This document shows positions 40,756 through 52,801 of a DNA stretch of 64,000 nt, piece after piece. Source of the DNA: an uncultured Chloroflexia bacterium (lineage in GTDB: Bacteria > Chloroflexota > Limnocylindria > Limnocylindrales > CSP1-4); the NCBI GenBank assembly GCA_963819655.1, contig CAWFXA010000002.1:1344001-1408000 (forward strand). Direction: 5' to 3'. The notes below the pieces were generated by a model. It made no database searches. It saw nothing but the letters and a program-made list of their open reading frames with translations, and was not told the DNA's origin. Position 1 is the first letter of the stretch; the number at the start of each line of letters is the position of its first letter. Both the position numbers and the translations under genes were made by a program.

Positions 40756-40828
40756 GAACGGATCGCAGGAAGATGACCCTCGCCCGCAGCCGAGAGATCG
40801 GGACGTCGAAGAACCGAAGGGAGCGCGA

Positions 40829-41068
40829 ATGATGCCCGACTCCACGGAGCCCGTTAGCTTCGAGACGCAGGTCAAGCCGATGTTCCGCGAGCGTGACCGA
40901 GAATCGATGGAGTTTGCCTTCGACCTCTGGTCCCGCGATGAGGTCAGCGAACACGCAGACGCCATCCTCGCCCGCCTCAAGGCCGGCACGATGCCTTGCG
41001 ATGGCGCTTGGCCTCCGGCCCAGGTCGCCCTCTTCGAGCGTTGGGTCGCAAGCGGCAAGCCGCGCTGA
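40829..41068 (+). CDS. Small hypothetical protein
   Basis: AGGGAG RBS; SFETQVKPMF..FDLWS..MPCDGAWP. Confidence 0.75.
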   Translation: MMPDSTEPVSFETQVKPMFRERDRESMEFAFDLWSRDEVSEHADAILARLKAGTMPCDGAWPPAQVALFERWVASGKPR

Positions 41069-41173
41069 CCATTCGCGAGATACGCGAACCCCGGCCTGAT
41101 GGTTCTCTTCGGACAAGAGATCGGGCCATCGAAGGTCCTTGGCGGCTCACCCCGCGGAGGTTGCTCGACTCCC

Positions 41174-41758
41174 TCATCGTCCCGCGTCGGGGCTGCACGG
41201 ACGTTGGTAGCGGTCCTCGTCCCGCTGCAGCTCGAGGAAGTGGTTGCCACCTCCCAGCGTGCCGAGCTGCGACAGGGCGCGGTCGAACCAGACGTCCTTG
41301 ACCGACTCGGGCTTCACGATGCCCATCGCCTCCAGCGCGACCTCGCGGTCGACCGGGGTCTTGAGCCCGTGGAAACCGGTCGGGACGCCCCGATCGATGT
41401 CGGCCAGGACCGCGTCGAGCACTGCCGACGGCAGGTCCTCGACGGTCAGGTCGGTCTCGACGAGGGCGACACCGCAGCCGATGTCGACGCCGATCGCGTA
41501 CGGCACGACGGCCTTGTCGGCGAACAGCACGCCACCGATCGGCATGCCGTAGCCGGCATGACCGTCGGGCATGAGCGCGACGTGGTCGATCGCGAACGGC
41601 AGGTTCGACACGTTGGTCGCCTGCTCGAGCGTGCGCGGGTCGAGCTCGCCGGCCCACGACTTGATCGGCACGCGGCCGGGCTTGGTGACGATGGGCAGCG
41701 CGGTGGAGGTCGCCTTGGCGGCGGTCGTTGACGTCTCTGAGGTCTCGATGGTCGACAT
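41174..41758 (-). pseudogene. rtcB: RNA ligase RtcB, N-terminal portion only
   Basis: LMPDGHAGYGMPIGGV, GVDIGCG, QLGTLGGGNHFLELQ; similarity ends near 41210. Confidence 0.9.
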
Positions 41759-41789
41759 GATCGCTGGACCTCCGGCCAGCATTGTGAGG

Positions 41790-41864
41790 TGGGGTGGTCG
41801 TCGGAGTCGAACCGACGTCTGCTGGCTCCACATGCCACGGCCTTCTGTCAGGACGACGACCACC
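41790..41864 (-). tRNA. Atypical/degenerate tRNA-His(GUG)-like gene
   Basis: G(-1) GTGGTCG...TGGC-ATGTGGA-GCCA...GTCGG-TTCGACT-CCGAC-GACCAC-C-CCA; D-arm aberrant, acceptor 3' strand one base short. Confidence 0.65.
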
Positions 41865-41880
41865 ACGGGGAGCAGGGGAC

Positions 41881-41915
41881 AAAACGAAACCGGCTCCTCG
41901 GATGGAGGAGCCGGT
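41881..41915 (-). terminator. Intrinsic terminator in the leader upstream of the tRNA-like/rtcB unit (attenuator candidate)
   Basis: ACCGGCTCCTC/GAGGAGCCGGT stem followed by TTCGTTTT on the - strand. Confidence 0.75.
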
Positions 41916-42343
41916 CGGAAGGCGGCAGGACGCAGCCGTGCGCTACCCCTGTCGATGCCTCCGATCGGTCTCCAGCCGATGACCGCGTGACTCGCGGACA
42001 CGACGGACAAGCCGAACGCCCAGCGGGCGTTTCGGTCGATCGCGTCGGTATCGCGGTTGGCGCTTGGTCATCACTGGCCTCGTTCTGTCATGGACGTCCC
42101 ATGCCGGCGGCCGCAGCGGCACGGAGGCGGGAGGGATACACGCCCAGCTGTCAGTGAACCTTGCAGAGCGCGACGAACGTCGGATCGCGGGGTCGAGTCC
42201 GCGGTCCCCTTTCCGTGCTGCTACCATCTCGCTCGCTGCGAACCTGACGCGTGGAGCGCGACCTCGGTCCCCCTCCTGGGCGTTAGGCGAACCAGCCCAT
42301 CGACACCGACCTATGGGGTCGCTCGCGAAGGAGATGTTTCGTC

Positions 42344-44287
42344 ATGTTTCGAGTCGAGAACGCCGACTTCATCGCGGATAAGCTCGCTGCAGAACTACTC
42401 CCATACCAGGAGTACCGCGAGGCTTACAAGAATTCCGAGGAAGCCATCCAGCGTCGGATGGGCCTCGACGGATCCACGTCCAATGGCCGAGTCGAGTTTG
42501 ACGTGGATTGGGCCCTCTTCACAGCCACAGGGAACTGGTATCTCTCGTGCTCGGACAACGGTGATGGCATGTCTCGAGTCGAGTTGACGCGATACATGAC
42601 CACATTGGCCGTGCGCGGCGCCGGCAACAACCAGGGCCTCACAGGGAACCAGGGAATGGGCCTGAAGATCAGCGGTCCTACCCGCCACAAGCGAGGCGTC
42701 CTCATCCGAACGATGAGGGACGGGGAACGCTGGATGCTCCAGATCGGTTGGAACGGTGAGAATTATGCCCTGATACCGCTCGGTCCCGAGGGAGAGGTCG
42801 TTGTCCCGGTGCCCGAGAGCATGTTCCCTGGCTTCACTCGCGACCAGGCTTCGGGGACGGTCGTTACCTTCCTCGGCAATTCGGATGACGACAACACCTT
42901 CAGTCCGAACGACCGCCCGCGTGGATGGATGTTCAAGTACTTAAACCAACGATTTCACCGCTTGTCGGATGGGAGTGTGGACGTATTTGTCCGTGTGCCA
43001 ACGGGCGACGAGGACGAGTGGCCGCGTTCGCCGGAGGATGCCTCCGAGCGTCAGCGCGGCGCCGGCGGACGCACGTTCAATCTCTCGCGTGTGAAGGGAA
43101 CTGCAAATGTCTGGGATGACGCGGCGGACCGACAGGACGGTGGAAGCAATTCAGATAGTGAACATCGTGGATTTGTAGACCTGTCCGGCGACGCTGCAGC
43201 TGACATACCCGCCGCGAGGCTCCACTGGTGGGTGCTCCCCGCCGGCGCAGGGTCTGACGTGTCGTCCAGAACCTCGAGTGGTGGCAGTCTGGCGGTGCTG
43301 TTCCAGAACGAGCTACATGACTGGCGAACGTCCGGTCAAGCGAACCCATTCTTCGCGCGCCTCGGAGTCCTGTACGGAAAGACCCGGATCGCGTTCATTC
43401 TTGAGCCGCTTGGTGGCACCATCGCCTCCGATTTCGCGCGCGCTCACGTCCTTGTTGGCGGCCGACCTGTGTTCGAGAGCGACGCCTGGCTCACATGGTC
43501 GGAGCAGTTCCGGGCCGCCATGCCTGAAGAAATTCGCCGAACGATGGCGGAGGAGCAGGCACGTATCCAGGAGGAGGATCCTGAACGCGCCCGTCGGATC
43601 CGCGATCGACTTAAGGACGTCTTGCAGTTGCTGCGGCCACGCCGCTTTCGACGCGACGACCGCGGGAATGCTCGTGCAACGGGTCCCGTTGTGACGGGCG
43701 CGGGCGCAGGTTCTGGGTCCGTTACCGAACGCGCGGGGACTGGCCGTCGGCGTGGTACACAAGCACGAGGAATCGGCGCCGTGCTCAGTCAGCTCGACGG
43801 CCAGGACAGCGAGGTCGCCAGCGAGGTGTACTCCATGCTTCACCTCGACCCACGGTGGGTGACTGAGGCGGAGGCGGAGGACTTTCCGATTGTCAACGGC
43901 AATGGAATCGGTTTGAAGGATCGCGCTGCCGCAGTGGCTGGTGAGGACGGGGCAACCGCGGGGATCCTGCTACTCAACCGTGATTTTCGCGGATACCAAG
44001 CGATTCTCGCCGCCGTCAACGATTGGGCCAATCCTGATGGCGATGAATCAAAGGCGCACGTCATCGAGGACGTCGCGCGCGAGTGGATCGAGCAGAAGAT
44101 GGTCGAAGCCGTCTCGGGACTGCGGCAGCTTGAGAATGGATCGACTTGGTTGCCAGGCAATTACGATGATGCGTTGAGCCCCATGGCTTTGACAGCCGTC
44201 TTCATGGCCGACCGCTACCACACCCTTCGGGAGGTGCGTCGCCAGGCAGGCTCGTTCCGCGCCCCAGCGACATCGGCTCCTGCGTAG
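42344..44287 (+). CDS. GHKL (HATPase/MORC-like) ATPase with uncharacterised C-terminal region
   Basis: REAYKNSEEA, DNGDGM, GNQGMGLK, SGTVV. Confidence 0.8.
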   Translation: MFRVENADFIADKLAAELLPYQEYREAYKNSEEAIQRRMGLDGSTSNGRVEFDVDWALFTATGNWYLSCSDNGDGMSRVELTRYMTTLAVRGAGNNQGLTGNQGMGLKISGPTRHKRGVLIRTMRDGERWMLQIGWNGENYALIPLGPEGEVVVPVPESMFPGFTRDQASGTVVTFLGNSDDDNTFSPNDRPRGWMFKYLNQRFHRLSDGSVDVFVRVPTGDEDEWPRSPEDASERQRGAGGRTFNLSRVKGTANVWDDAADRQDGGSNSDSEHRGFVDLSGDAAADIPAARLHWWVLPAGAGSDVSSRTSSGGSLAVLFQNELHDWRTSGQANPFFARLGVLYGKTRIAFILEPLGGTIASDFARAHVLVGGRPVFESDAWLTWSEQFRAAMPEEIRRTMAEEQARIQEEDPERARRIRDRLKDVLQLLRPRRFRRDDRGNARATGPVVTGAGAGSGSVTERAGTGRRRGTQARGIGAVLSQLDGQDSEVASEVYSMLHLDPRWVTEAEAEDFPIVNGNGIGLKDRAAAVAGEDGATAGILLLNRDFRGYQAILAAVNDWANPDGDESKAHVIEDVAREWIEQKMVEAVSGLRQLENGSTWLPGNYDDALSPMALTAVFMADRYHTLREVRRQAGSFRAPATSAPA

Positions 44288-44297
44288 AAGGAGTGCC

Positions 44298-46739
44298 CTA
44301 GGAAGTCCTAGGCACAGGTCCGGCATCGACGGCCTGCATAACCTCTCGGACCGCTTCCTTTGGGTCCGTGTGCTCCCAGAATCTAAGAATGGTCCACCCA
44401 TGAGCCCGCAATTTGTTTTCGGTGTCTATGTCTCGACGGCGATTGGCTTCGATCTTGGCTTGCCACCATTTCGAATTCGCCTTGGGAGATGACCCATGCT
44501 CTGGACATCCGTGCCAGAAGCATCCGTCGATAGAGATCGCAACCCTGCTGGACATGATCACGAAGTCCAGCCGACGTCGGGGTACGAAATCGAGGGTGAC
44601 CTGAGCCTCGACGGCTACGTCAGCACTGCTGAGCACTGACGCCCAAGCGATCTCCGGAGCAGTCCCACTCCGTCGCACAGCGAGCATCCTTGAGCGAGCA
44701 GCCTCCGACGACGCGCGTGGTCGCGCGTCTCGCTGAGGTCGTCGCCGCGGCTGCCGCGCGGACAGCCCTCTGGCCATCAGAGCCCGCTCAAGAATGTTGG
44801 CGATCCGGGACAGACGGTCGTTGGCCGCAATGTAGTCGGCGTAACTCTCCTGAGACTCCTGGATTAGGGCGTCGTAGGTAATCCAGGAGGCGCCAATCGT
44901 TCGGAGGACATCGGTCACGGTTTTGAGATCGGCTCCCGTTGGAGGGCCACCTACAACAGCGATCAGCCGGATTTCTTGTGGCTCATTGGGGTATTTCTCT
45001 CGAAGCACCTTCGCAAGTGCCGAGCCATATTTGTTGAGTTGTTCGGAGAGGTCCCAGACCGTCGTTTTCGTGCCATAGCGCTTCAATTCGATCACGATGT
45101 TCGTCCCGGCCGCAGTGCGATATCGGATATCAATTCGGCCGGCGCGCTCGTCGGGGCTGAGCCTGTCCGTGACCTTTCTGAACTCCCTCATGACGCTCTG
45201 CTCTATACGAGCATTCGTGGATGCGCGCTCCCAAGAAGGATGTAACAGCCACAAGTGATCGAACAAGAAAGCCTGGAGCGCCCTTTCCTTGGCGTTGGCG
45301 TCGACTAAACCAGCGAAGCTCTCAATCACACCAAGTCGGCCGCGAACAATTTGGTGGTACTCAGCGGCCTCCAAGTCATCGATGGACAGAACCAGGCCTC
45401 GCAGAGCGTCGACCTCGAGGCGGTCGCCCAATTCGCCAGTCCGGATCAGGAGCTTCTGGAACTTGAGCTTTTCAAATCCCAGGATTCCGTACCTGTAGAG
45501 CTCGCGCCGCGCGTCGTCGTCCTGCTTGGGAAATGAGCCAATACGGCCGAACAAGTCTTTCGCGAAGCTCTGACTCCCCGCATCGAGCGTTTCGTACCAC
45601 TCAGTAACAACAGGATGCTCGAGAGCCTTGCCGAGAGCATCCTCCTTTCGCCATTGACCCCAAGCGTTCTCCACGCGCCTAAGGAGATCCGTCCTGACGA
45701 AGTTCCGCAGCGCCTGGTACCGAGGGTCGGTCTCTTTCAGGCGTTGTCTGTCGCTGGTCGCTATGTCGGGCTGGCCGTCCGAATCGACGAAGTCGGCTCG
45801 TATCTCGCCCATGAGATACTTGGTGTAAATGCCGCCCGCTCGGATGTCGGACAGGATGTCCTCCTGGACTAGCTTTCCCCAAGCAAGAATGGTCACGGCC
45901 GTGTTCTCGTCGTCGACACCACGTTGCTCGTCCAGGGTTCCTATCCAGCCCGTTACCTCAAGTCCAGTTGTGGGGTCAATGATTCCCGATATGCGCTCAG
46001 CCTTCTTGGCATTTGTGCACAGCCTTTCGTACGTGTCATCGACACGCCCGATTGACCAGAGGTACTCAACCTTAGGGAAGTAATCACGATCTCCGACACC
46101 GATTGCGCGCCCGTTGATTTGGACCTCGAATCGGTTTGACGGCCCAATGATGCTGAACCGCCTTGCCAGGCGGCGGCGAAGCGCAACCTCGGTAGCCGCA
46201 CCAAGGTTCAACCGCAGCTGCCGCAGGCGAAGCTCGGTACCCCTCTCCAGCCCAATTGAAGTAGGCGCGATCGGGGCAGGTCGGTAGGAGGTTTGACCCG
46301 CGGCAATTTGCGATTCGACGTCGGCCGTCCGGAGAATCAAACCCGCTCTGGCAATTCGAAATGACCTCCCGCGGCCGGAGCGCTTTGCGCTGCGGACCTC
46401 GATCTCGTTGGCGATCGCGAAGAGCGACAGCTTGCCAATACCTTTGCGACCCATGACATGCCGCTGGTACTTGGGCGTCAGCGCACCCTGGTTCGCCCTC
46501 CGGCGGTAACCGATCATCAGAAAACGGTCGTTCAGATCGGCCTCGGACATCCCATGTCCGTCATCCGTAATCGTGATGGATTGACGTGCCGTGTCGAGAA
46601 CAATGGTCACGAGAGTGGCATCGGCATCCCAGGCATTTGCGACCACCTCCGCCAAAACTGCGGGGATGTTGCTGTAGAGGTTCAGTCCAAGGTGCTCAAG
46701 CACATTCAGGCTTAGCCGCATCTCGTACGGCGAAATCAC
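44298..46739 (-). CDS. GHKL ATPase/PD-(D/E)xK endonuclease, in frame with a C-terminal Vsr domain (44298-44777)
   Basis: EVVANAWDADA, DDGHGM, GRKGIGK; GRIDIRY..VIELK; Vsr motifs DGCFWHGCPEH, NRRRD, GWTILRFWEH. Confidence 0.88.
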   Translation of the reverse strand: MISPYEMRLSLNVLEHLGLNLYSNIPAVLAEVVANAWDADATLVTIVLDTARQSITITDDGHGMSEADLNDRFLMIGYRRRANQGALTPKYQRHVMGRKGIGKLSLFAIANEIEVRSAKRSGRGRSFRIARAGLILRTADVESQIAAGQTSYRPAPIAPTSIGLERGTELRLRQLRLNLGAATEVALRRRLARRFSIIGPSNRFEVQINGRAIGVGDRDYFPKVEYLWSIGRVDDTYERLCTNAKKAERISGIIDPTTGLEVTGWIGTLDEQRGVDDENTAVTILAWGKLVQEDILSDIRAGGIYTKYLMGEIRADFVDSDGQPDIATSDRQRLKETDPRYQALRNFVRTDLLRRVENAWGQWRKEDALGKALEHPVVTEWYETLDAGSQSFAKDLFGRIGSFPKQDDDARRELYRYGILGFEKLKFQKLLIRTGELGDRLEVDALRGLVLSIDDLEAAEYHQIVRGRLGVIESFAGLVDANAKERALQAFLFDHLWLLHPSWERASTNARIEQSVMREFRKVTDRLSPDERAGRIDIRYRTAAGTNIVIELKRYGTKTTVWDLSEQLNKYGSALAKVLREKYPNEPQEIRLIAVVGGPPTGADLKTVTDVLRTIGASWITYDALIQESQESYADYIAANDRLSRIANILERALMARGLSARQPRRRPQRDARPRASSEAARSRMLAVRRSGTAPEIAWASVLSSADVAVEAQVTLDFVPRRRLDFVIMSSRVAISIDGCFWHGCPEHGSSPKANSKWWQAKIEANRRRDIDTENKLRAHGWTILRFWEHTDPKEAVREVMQAVDAGPVPRTS

Positions 46740-47909
46740 GCGTCCGCGCCTTGGTTGAGGGCCACGAGGAGGGAGGTGGTCAGTGCCTCCGAAAGGAAGG
46801 GTGGAACCGCATTGCCAATGAGCCTAGAAAGAGAAGTGCGGTGCTCGACCTGTGAAAACGTCACAAAATCAGGGATGCACTGGAGTCGGGCGGCCTCATG
46901 CGGCGTCAAGGTTCTCGGCGCCTCGGGGTGGACATATCGACCTTGACCCATTGAGCCGAAGCCGGACGTGACGGTCTGCGCAGGGGCGGCCCATTCCAAC
47001 CGGCCGTACATACTTTTGTATGAGTGACTGCTGCGGTGGCAAGCGGGACGCAGTCGGTTAGGAAGATCCAATTCTCCGCTTAGGTCAAGCCACCGGATCC
47101 GCCGACGATTTGTATGAGAGACAGTGGCGGGTTCGTCCCTCCTTTCCGTTGAGGGAATTCCGGCCAGATCGCCGATTGCCCACCGCACCGTTCGTCGAAT
47201 CGTCACATTCCCTATCGAATCGAGCACCTTTTGTGGATCGATAGTTTCGACCCGCGAAGCCAACAACACGTGTCGACGCCGTGACTGGGGAACACCAACA
47301 TCGAGAAGTCGGATGACACGCTCTGCGACGGTGTATCCACTGCCCTTGAGAATTTGCGTCGTCCTGCCAATCGAATCGTGTGCATCGTGTACCACGGCCG
47401 GCACATTCTCGATGATGACAGCCCGGGGTTTGAGCACTAGCGCTGCTCGCGCCATTGCGACGTAGAGGCCGTTTCGTGGGTCATCACGTCGGGTGTGATT
47501 GTTTAGATCGGAGTGACCCTGACACGGTGGACCGCCGACGAGGAGATCCACTCGCCCGACGCGGTCTGCGAGCGCACGCTCGGTTTGTGTTTGCGGCTCC
47601 GTGCCTTGGCCAGGGAAGATTTCCTGAACAGACGTCTTCAGGACGGTGGCCGAGGGGAAGACGGATTTATAGACAGCGACAGCGTCTGGATCCAGGTCAA
47701 CTGCGAGGCGAGTATCAATGCCGGTTGCCATTCGGTTTGCTGCGCGGGCGACTCCAAGCGACAAGCCACCGCAACCACAGAAGAGGTCTACGAGGGCGAG
47801 CCGTTGAATGCCCTCGGTAAAGTCAGGAAGTCGATTTCACGAAGAAAGAGCCTGTCGAGTCGACAGGCTCTTCCTGATCAAACGGCAGCTCGAGCGCCGC
47901 TTCCATCAT
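46736..47909 (-). CDS. dcm: DNA (cytosine-5) methyltransferase (5' end frameshifted, start uncertain)
   Basis: VDLFCGCGG just upstream of 47764, GGPPCQG, ENV, QSRRR, RTLTPHEAARLQ, IGNAVPP. Confidence 0.92.
47846..47872. repeat. Perfect inverted repeat with 13 bp arms (terminator or operator)
   Basis: AAGAGCCTGTCGA-G-TCGACAGGCTCTT. Confidence 0.75.
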
Positions 47910-47946
47910 CCCTTGGAGAGCATAGCCGCTGGTCGTGCACAGCCGA

Positions 47947-51079
<3,133 letters not shown>

Positions 51080-51228
51080 TCTGCTGTCTCCTCACCTCAT
51101 CCGCGGTAGCTGCCGCACGGTCGTTGTCGTGTCGTTCGTCGAGGTCCCTGGGGCGGCTCGCCGTTGTGTCCACGGGGACGGCAAGAGCGTCAGGTCGGGC
51201 GTTCTCAAGCGATGATTGCGACTCTCGA

Positions 51229-51313
51229 ACGATACGCTTCGAGGGGTCGAGAGTCAAGCCCTAAACACAAGATGTAGTGGTCGTGCTGCGTGGCCGACCG
51301 CTAGATGTGGTGG
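51229..51313 (-). promoter_or_regulatory. nrdJ sigma70 promoter with two NrdR boxes
   Basis: TTGACT-N17-TATCGT (51257-51229); boxes ACACAAGATGTAGTGG (51265) and CCGCTAGATGTGGTGG (51298). Confidence 0.75.
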
Positions 51314-51506
51314 TTTGGCCATTTCCACGCACGATCGTACCTGGTCCACGTTCCGCGGCGGGTTGTCCACGTGCGGGTGGTGCCGTGTCCACGGTGCGTG
51401 GGCGGGTTGTGCACTGGGTTTCCACCGTACCGTAACAGAACATGTGTGCGGTTTTGAGCGGTTCGCGGCTCGGGCGCGGCGGATCCACCGGGCCGCGGTG
51501 GCCCGG

Positions 51507-51548
51507 TGCCCGCGGCCCGGCCCGACGTGCCCGCGGCCCGGCCCGACG
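51507..51548 (+). repeat. 21 bp tandem duplication
   Basis: TGCCCGCGGCCCGGCCCGACG x2. Confidence 0.8.
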
Positions 51549-51557
51549 TCCGCGAGT

Positions 51558-52679
51558 CCGCCAGATACTCGCCGGGGGAGTCTTCGGCGGCCTTCGTGGC
51601 CGCTTGAGGCTTCCGATACGGGATGCGCGTGCACGCGGAGCACGCCGCGGCGCTTGGGATCGGCCAATCCGACCCCCGATGGGCCCAATTCCGCGCCCAA
51701 GACTCCGGGGGCGAGTAATTGGCGGGTAAGAGCCCCGGCTCACTATCGGGCAGATGGAAGACATGCGGTTCGGAGCCACGATCCGGGCGGTACGCATCAA
51801 GCGCGGCTGGCGCCAGACTGACCTGGCCGCGAAGGCGGGAGTCTCGCAGGCCACGGTCTGGCGAGCGGAACGCGGTCACATCCCAGAGATGACCTTGGCC
51901 GCGATCCGCCAAGCTGGCGGCCGCACTCGAGATCCGCGTCGAGCTGCTGCCGCGCGGCCGCGGCGCCGACCTCGATCGCCTCCTCAACGCGCGGCACTCG
52001 GCATTGCACGAGTCATTCGTTCGAGCCATCGCGCACGACTTCCCGGAGTGGGAGATGGCGTCCGAGGTGTCGTTCGCGATCTGGGCTGAGCGAGGCGTGA
52101 TCGACCTGCTCTTGTGGCACCCGGGCCGGCGGGCACTGCTGATCATCGAGTTCAAGACCGAGCTCGTCGACGTCGGTGAACTGCTGGGCACGATGGATCG
52201 TCGGCGGCGGCTCGCGCACGAGATCGCCCAGCAACGTGGCTGGGTCCCGAGGATCCGTTTCGACCTGGGTCGTCCTCGCCGCGTCACGCACGAACGAGAG
52301 GCGGATCGCCGAACACCGCACGGTGCTTCGGAATGCCTACCCGGCCGACGGTCGCAGGATGCGGCGATGGCTTCGGGATCCGGAAGGCCCGATCGCAGCT
52401 CTCACGACTTGGGCGGAGACGACTCGAGGATCGACCGCTCCGGTCCGGCGAGTTCGGCGGGCCGCGCGGAACACGTGATGGTCATAAGGCCGTCAAATAC
52501 TCGCCCCGGGAGTCTTCGGCGCGCAGTCGGGGCGCAGTCGGCGCGCAGTCGGGGCGTTCGCGGCTAACAGGGAGCGTGACTCGTGCGTGAGTTGAGCCCT
52601 GGCAGGCCCGTGAACCGTGGCTGGGGGGTTCACCTCGCCAGATTCCGCGCCTAAGACTCCCAGGATGGGTATCTGGCGG
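51558..52679. mobile_element. Candidate element: four ~33 bp repeats bracketing an HTH-nuclease gene
   Basis: Repeats at 51558-51589(+), 51691-51725(-), 52490-52524(+) and 52645-52679(-). Confidence 0.5.
51754..52478 (+). CDS. XRE HTH plus PD-(D/E)xK-like nuclease protein (frameshifts near 51910 and 52255)
   Basis: RGWRQTDLAAKAGVSQATVWRAERG; SEVSF..GVIDLL..IIEFKT. Confidence 0.75.
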
Positions 52680-52801
52680 AGTTTGAGGCCGCGCGGCGGA
52701 GCCCGAGGCCGCAGAGCGGGACCGCGGAGCGGCCGGAGGCGCGCGGAGTCCGAGGCCGCAGGCGGCCGCGGGTACGGGCGTCCGATCCAGCGTCGCCCGG
52801 A

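Noticed and set aside
41790-41864. tRNA as the attachment site of the methyltransferase island
   Set aside because: The island lies on the 5' side of the tRNA-like gene; I found no duplicated 3' end and no integrase.
42133-42212. Second tRNA-like or Y-RNA-like element on the + strand
   Set aside because: Only a GATCGCGG/CCGCGGTC hairpin with a loosely T-loop-like loop; no convincing D or anticodon arms.
44298-47909. DISARM class II or BREX assignment
   Set aside because: No helicase, DUF1998, PLD or PglZ genes are present.
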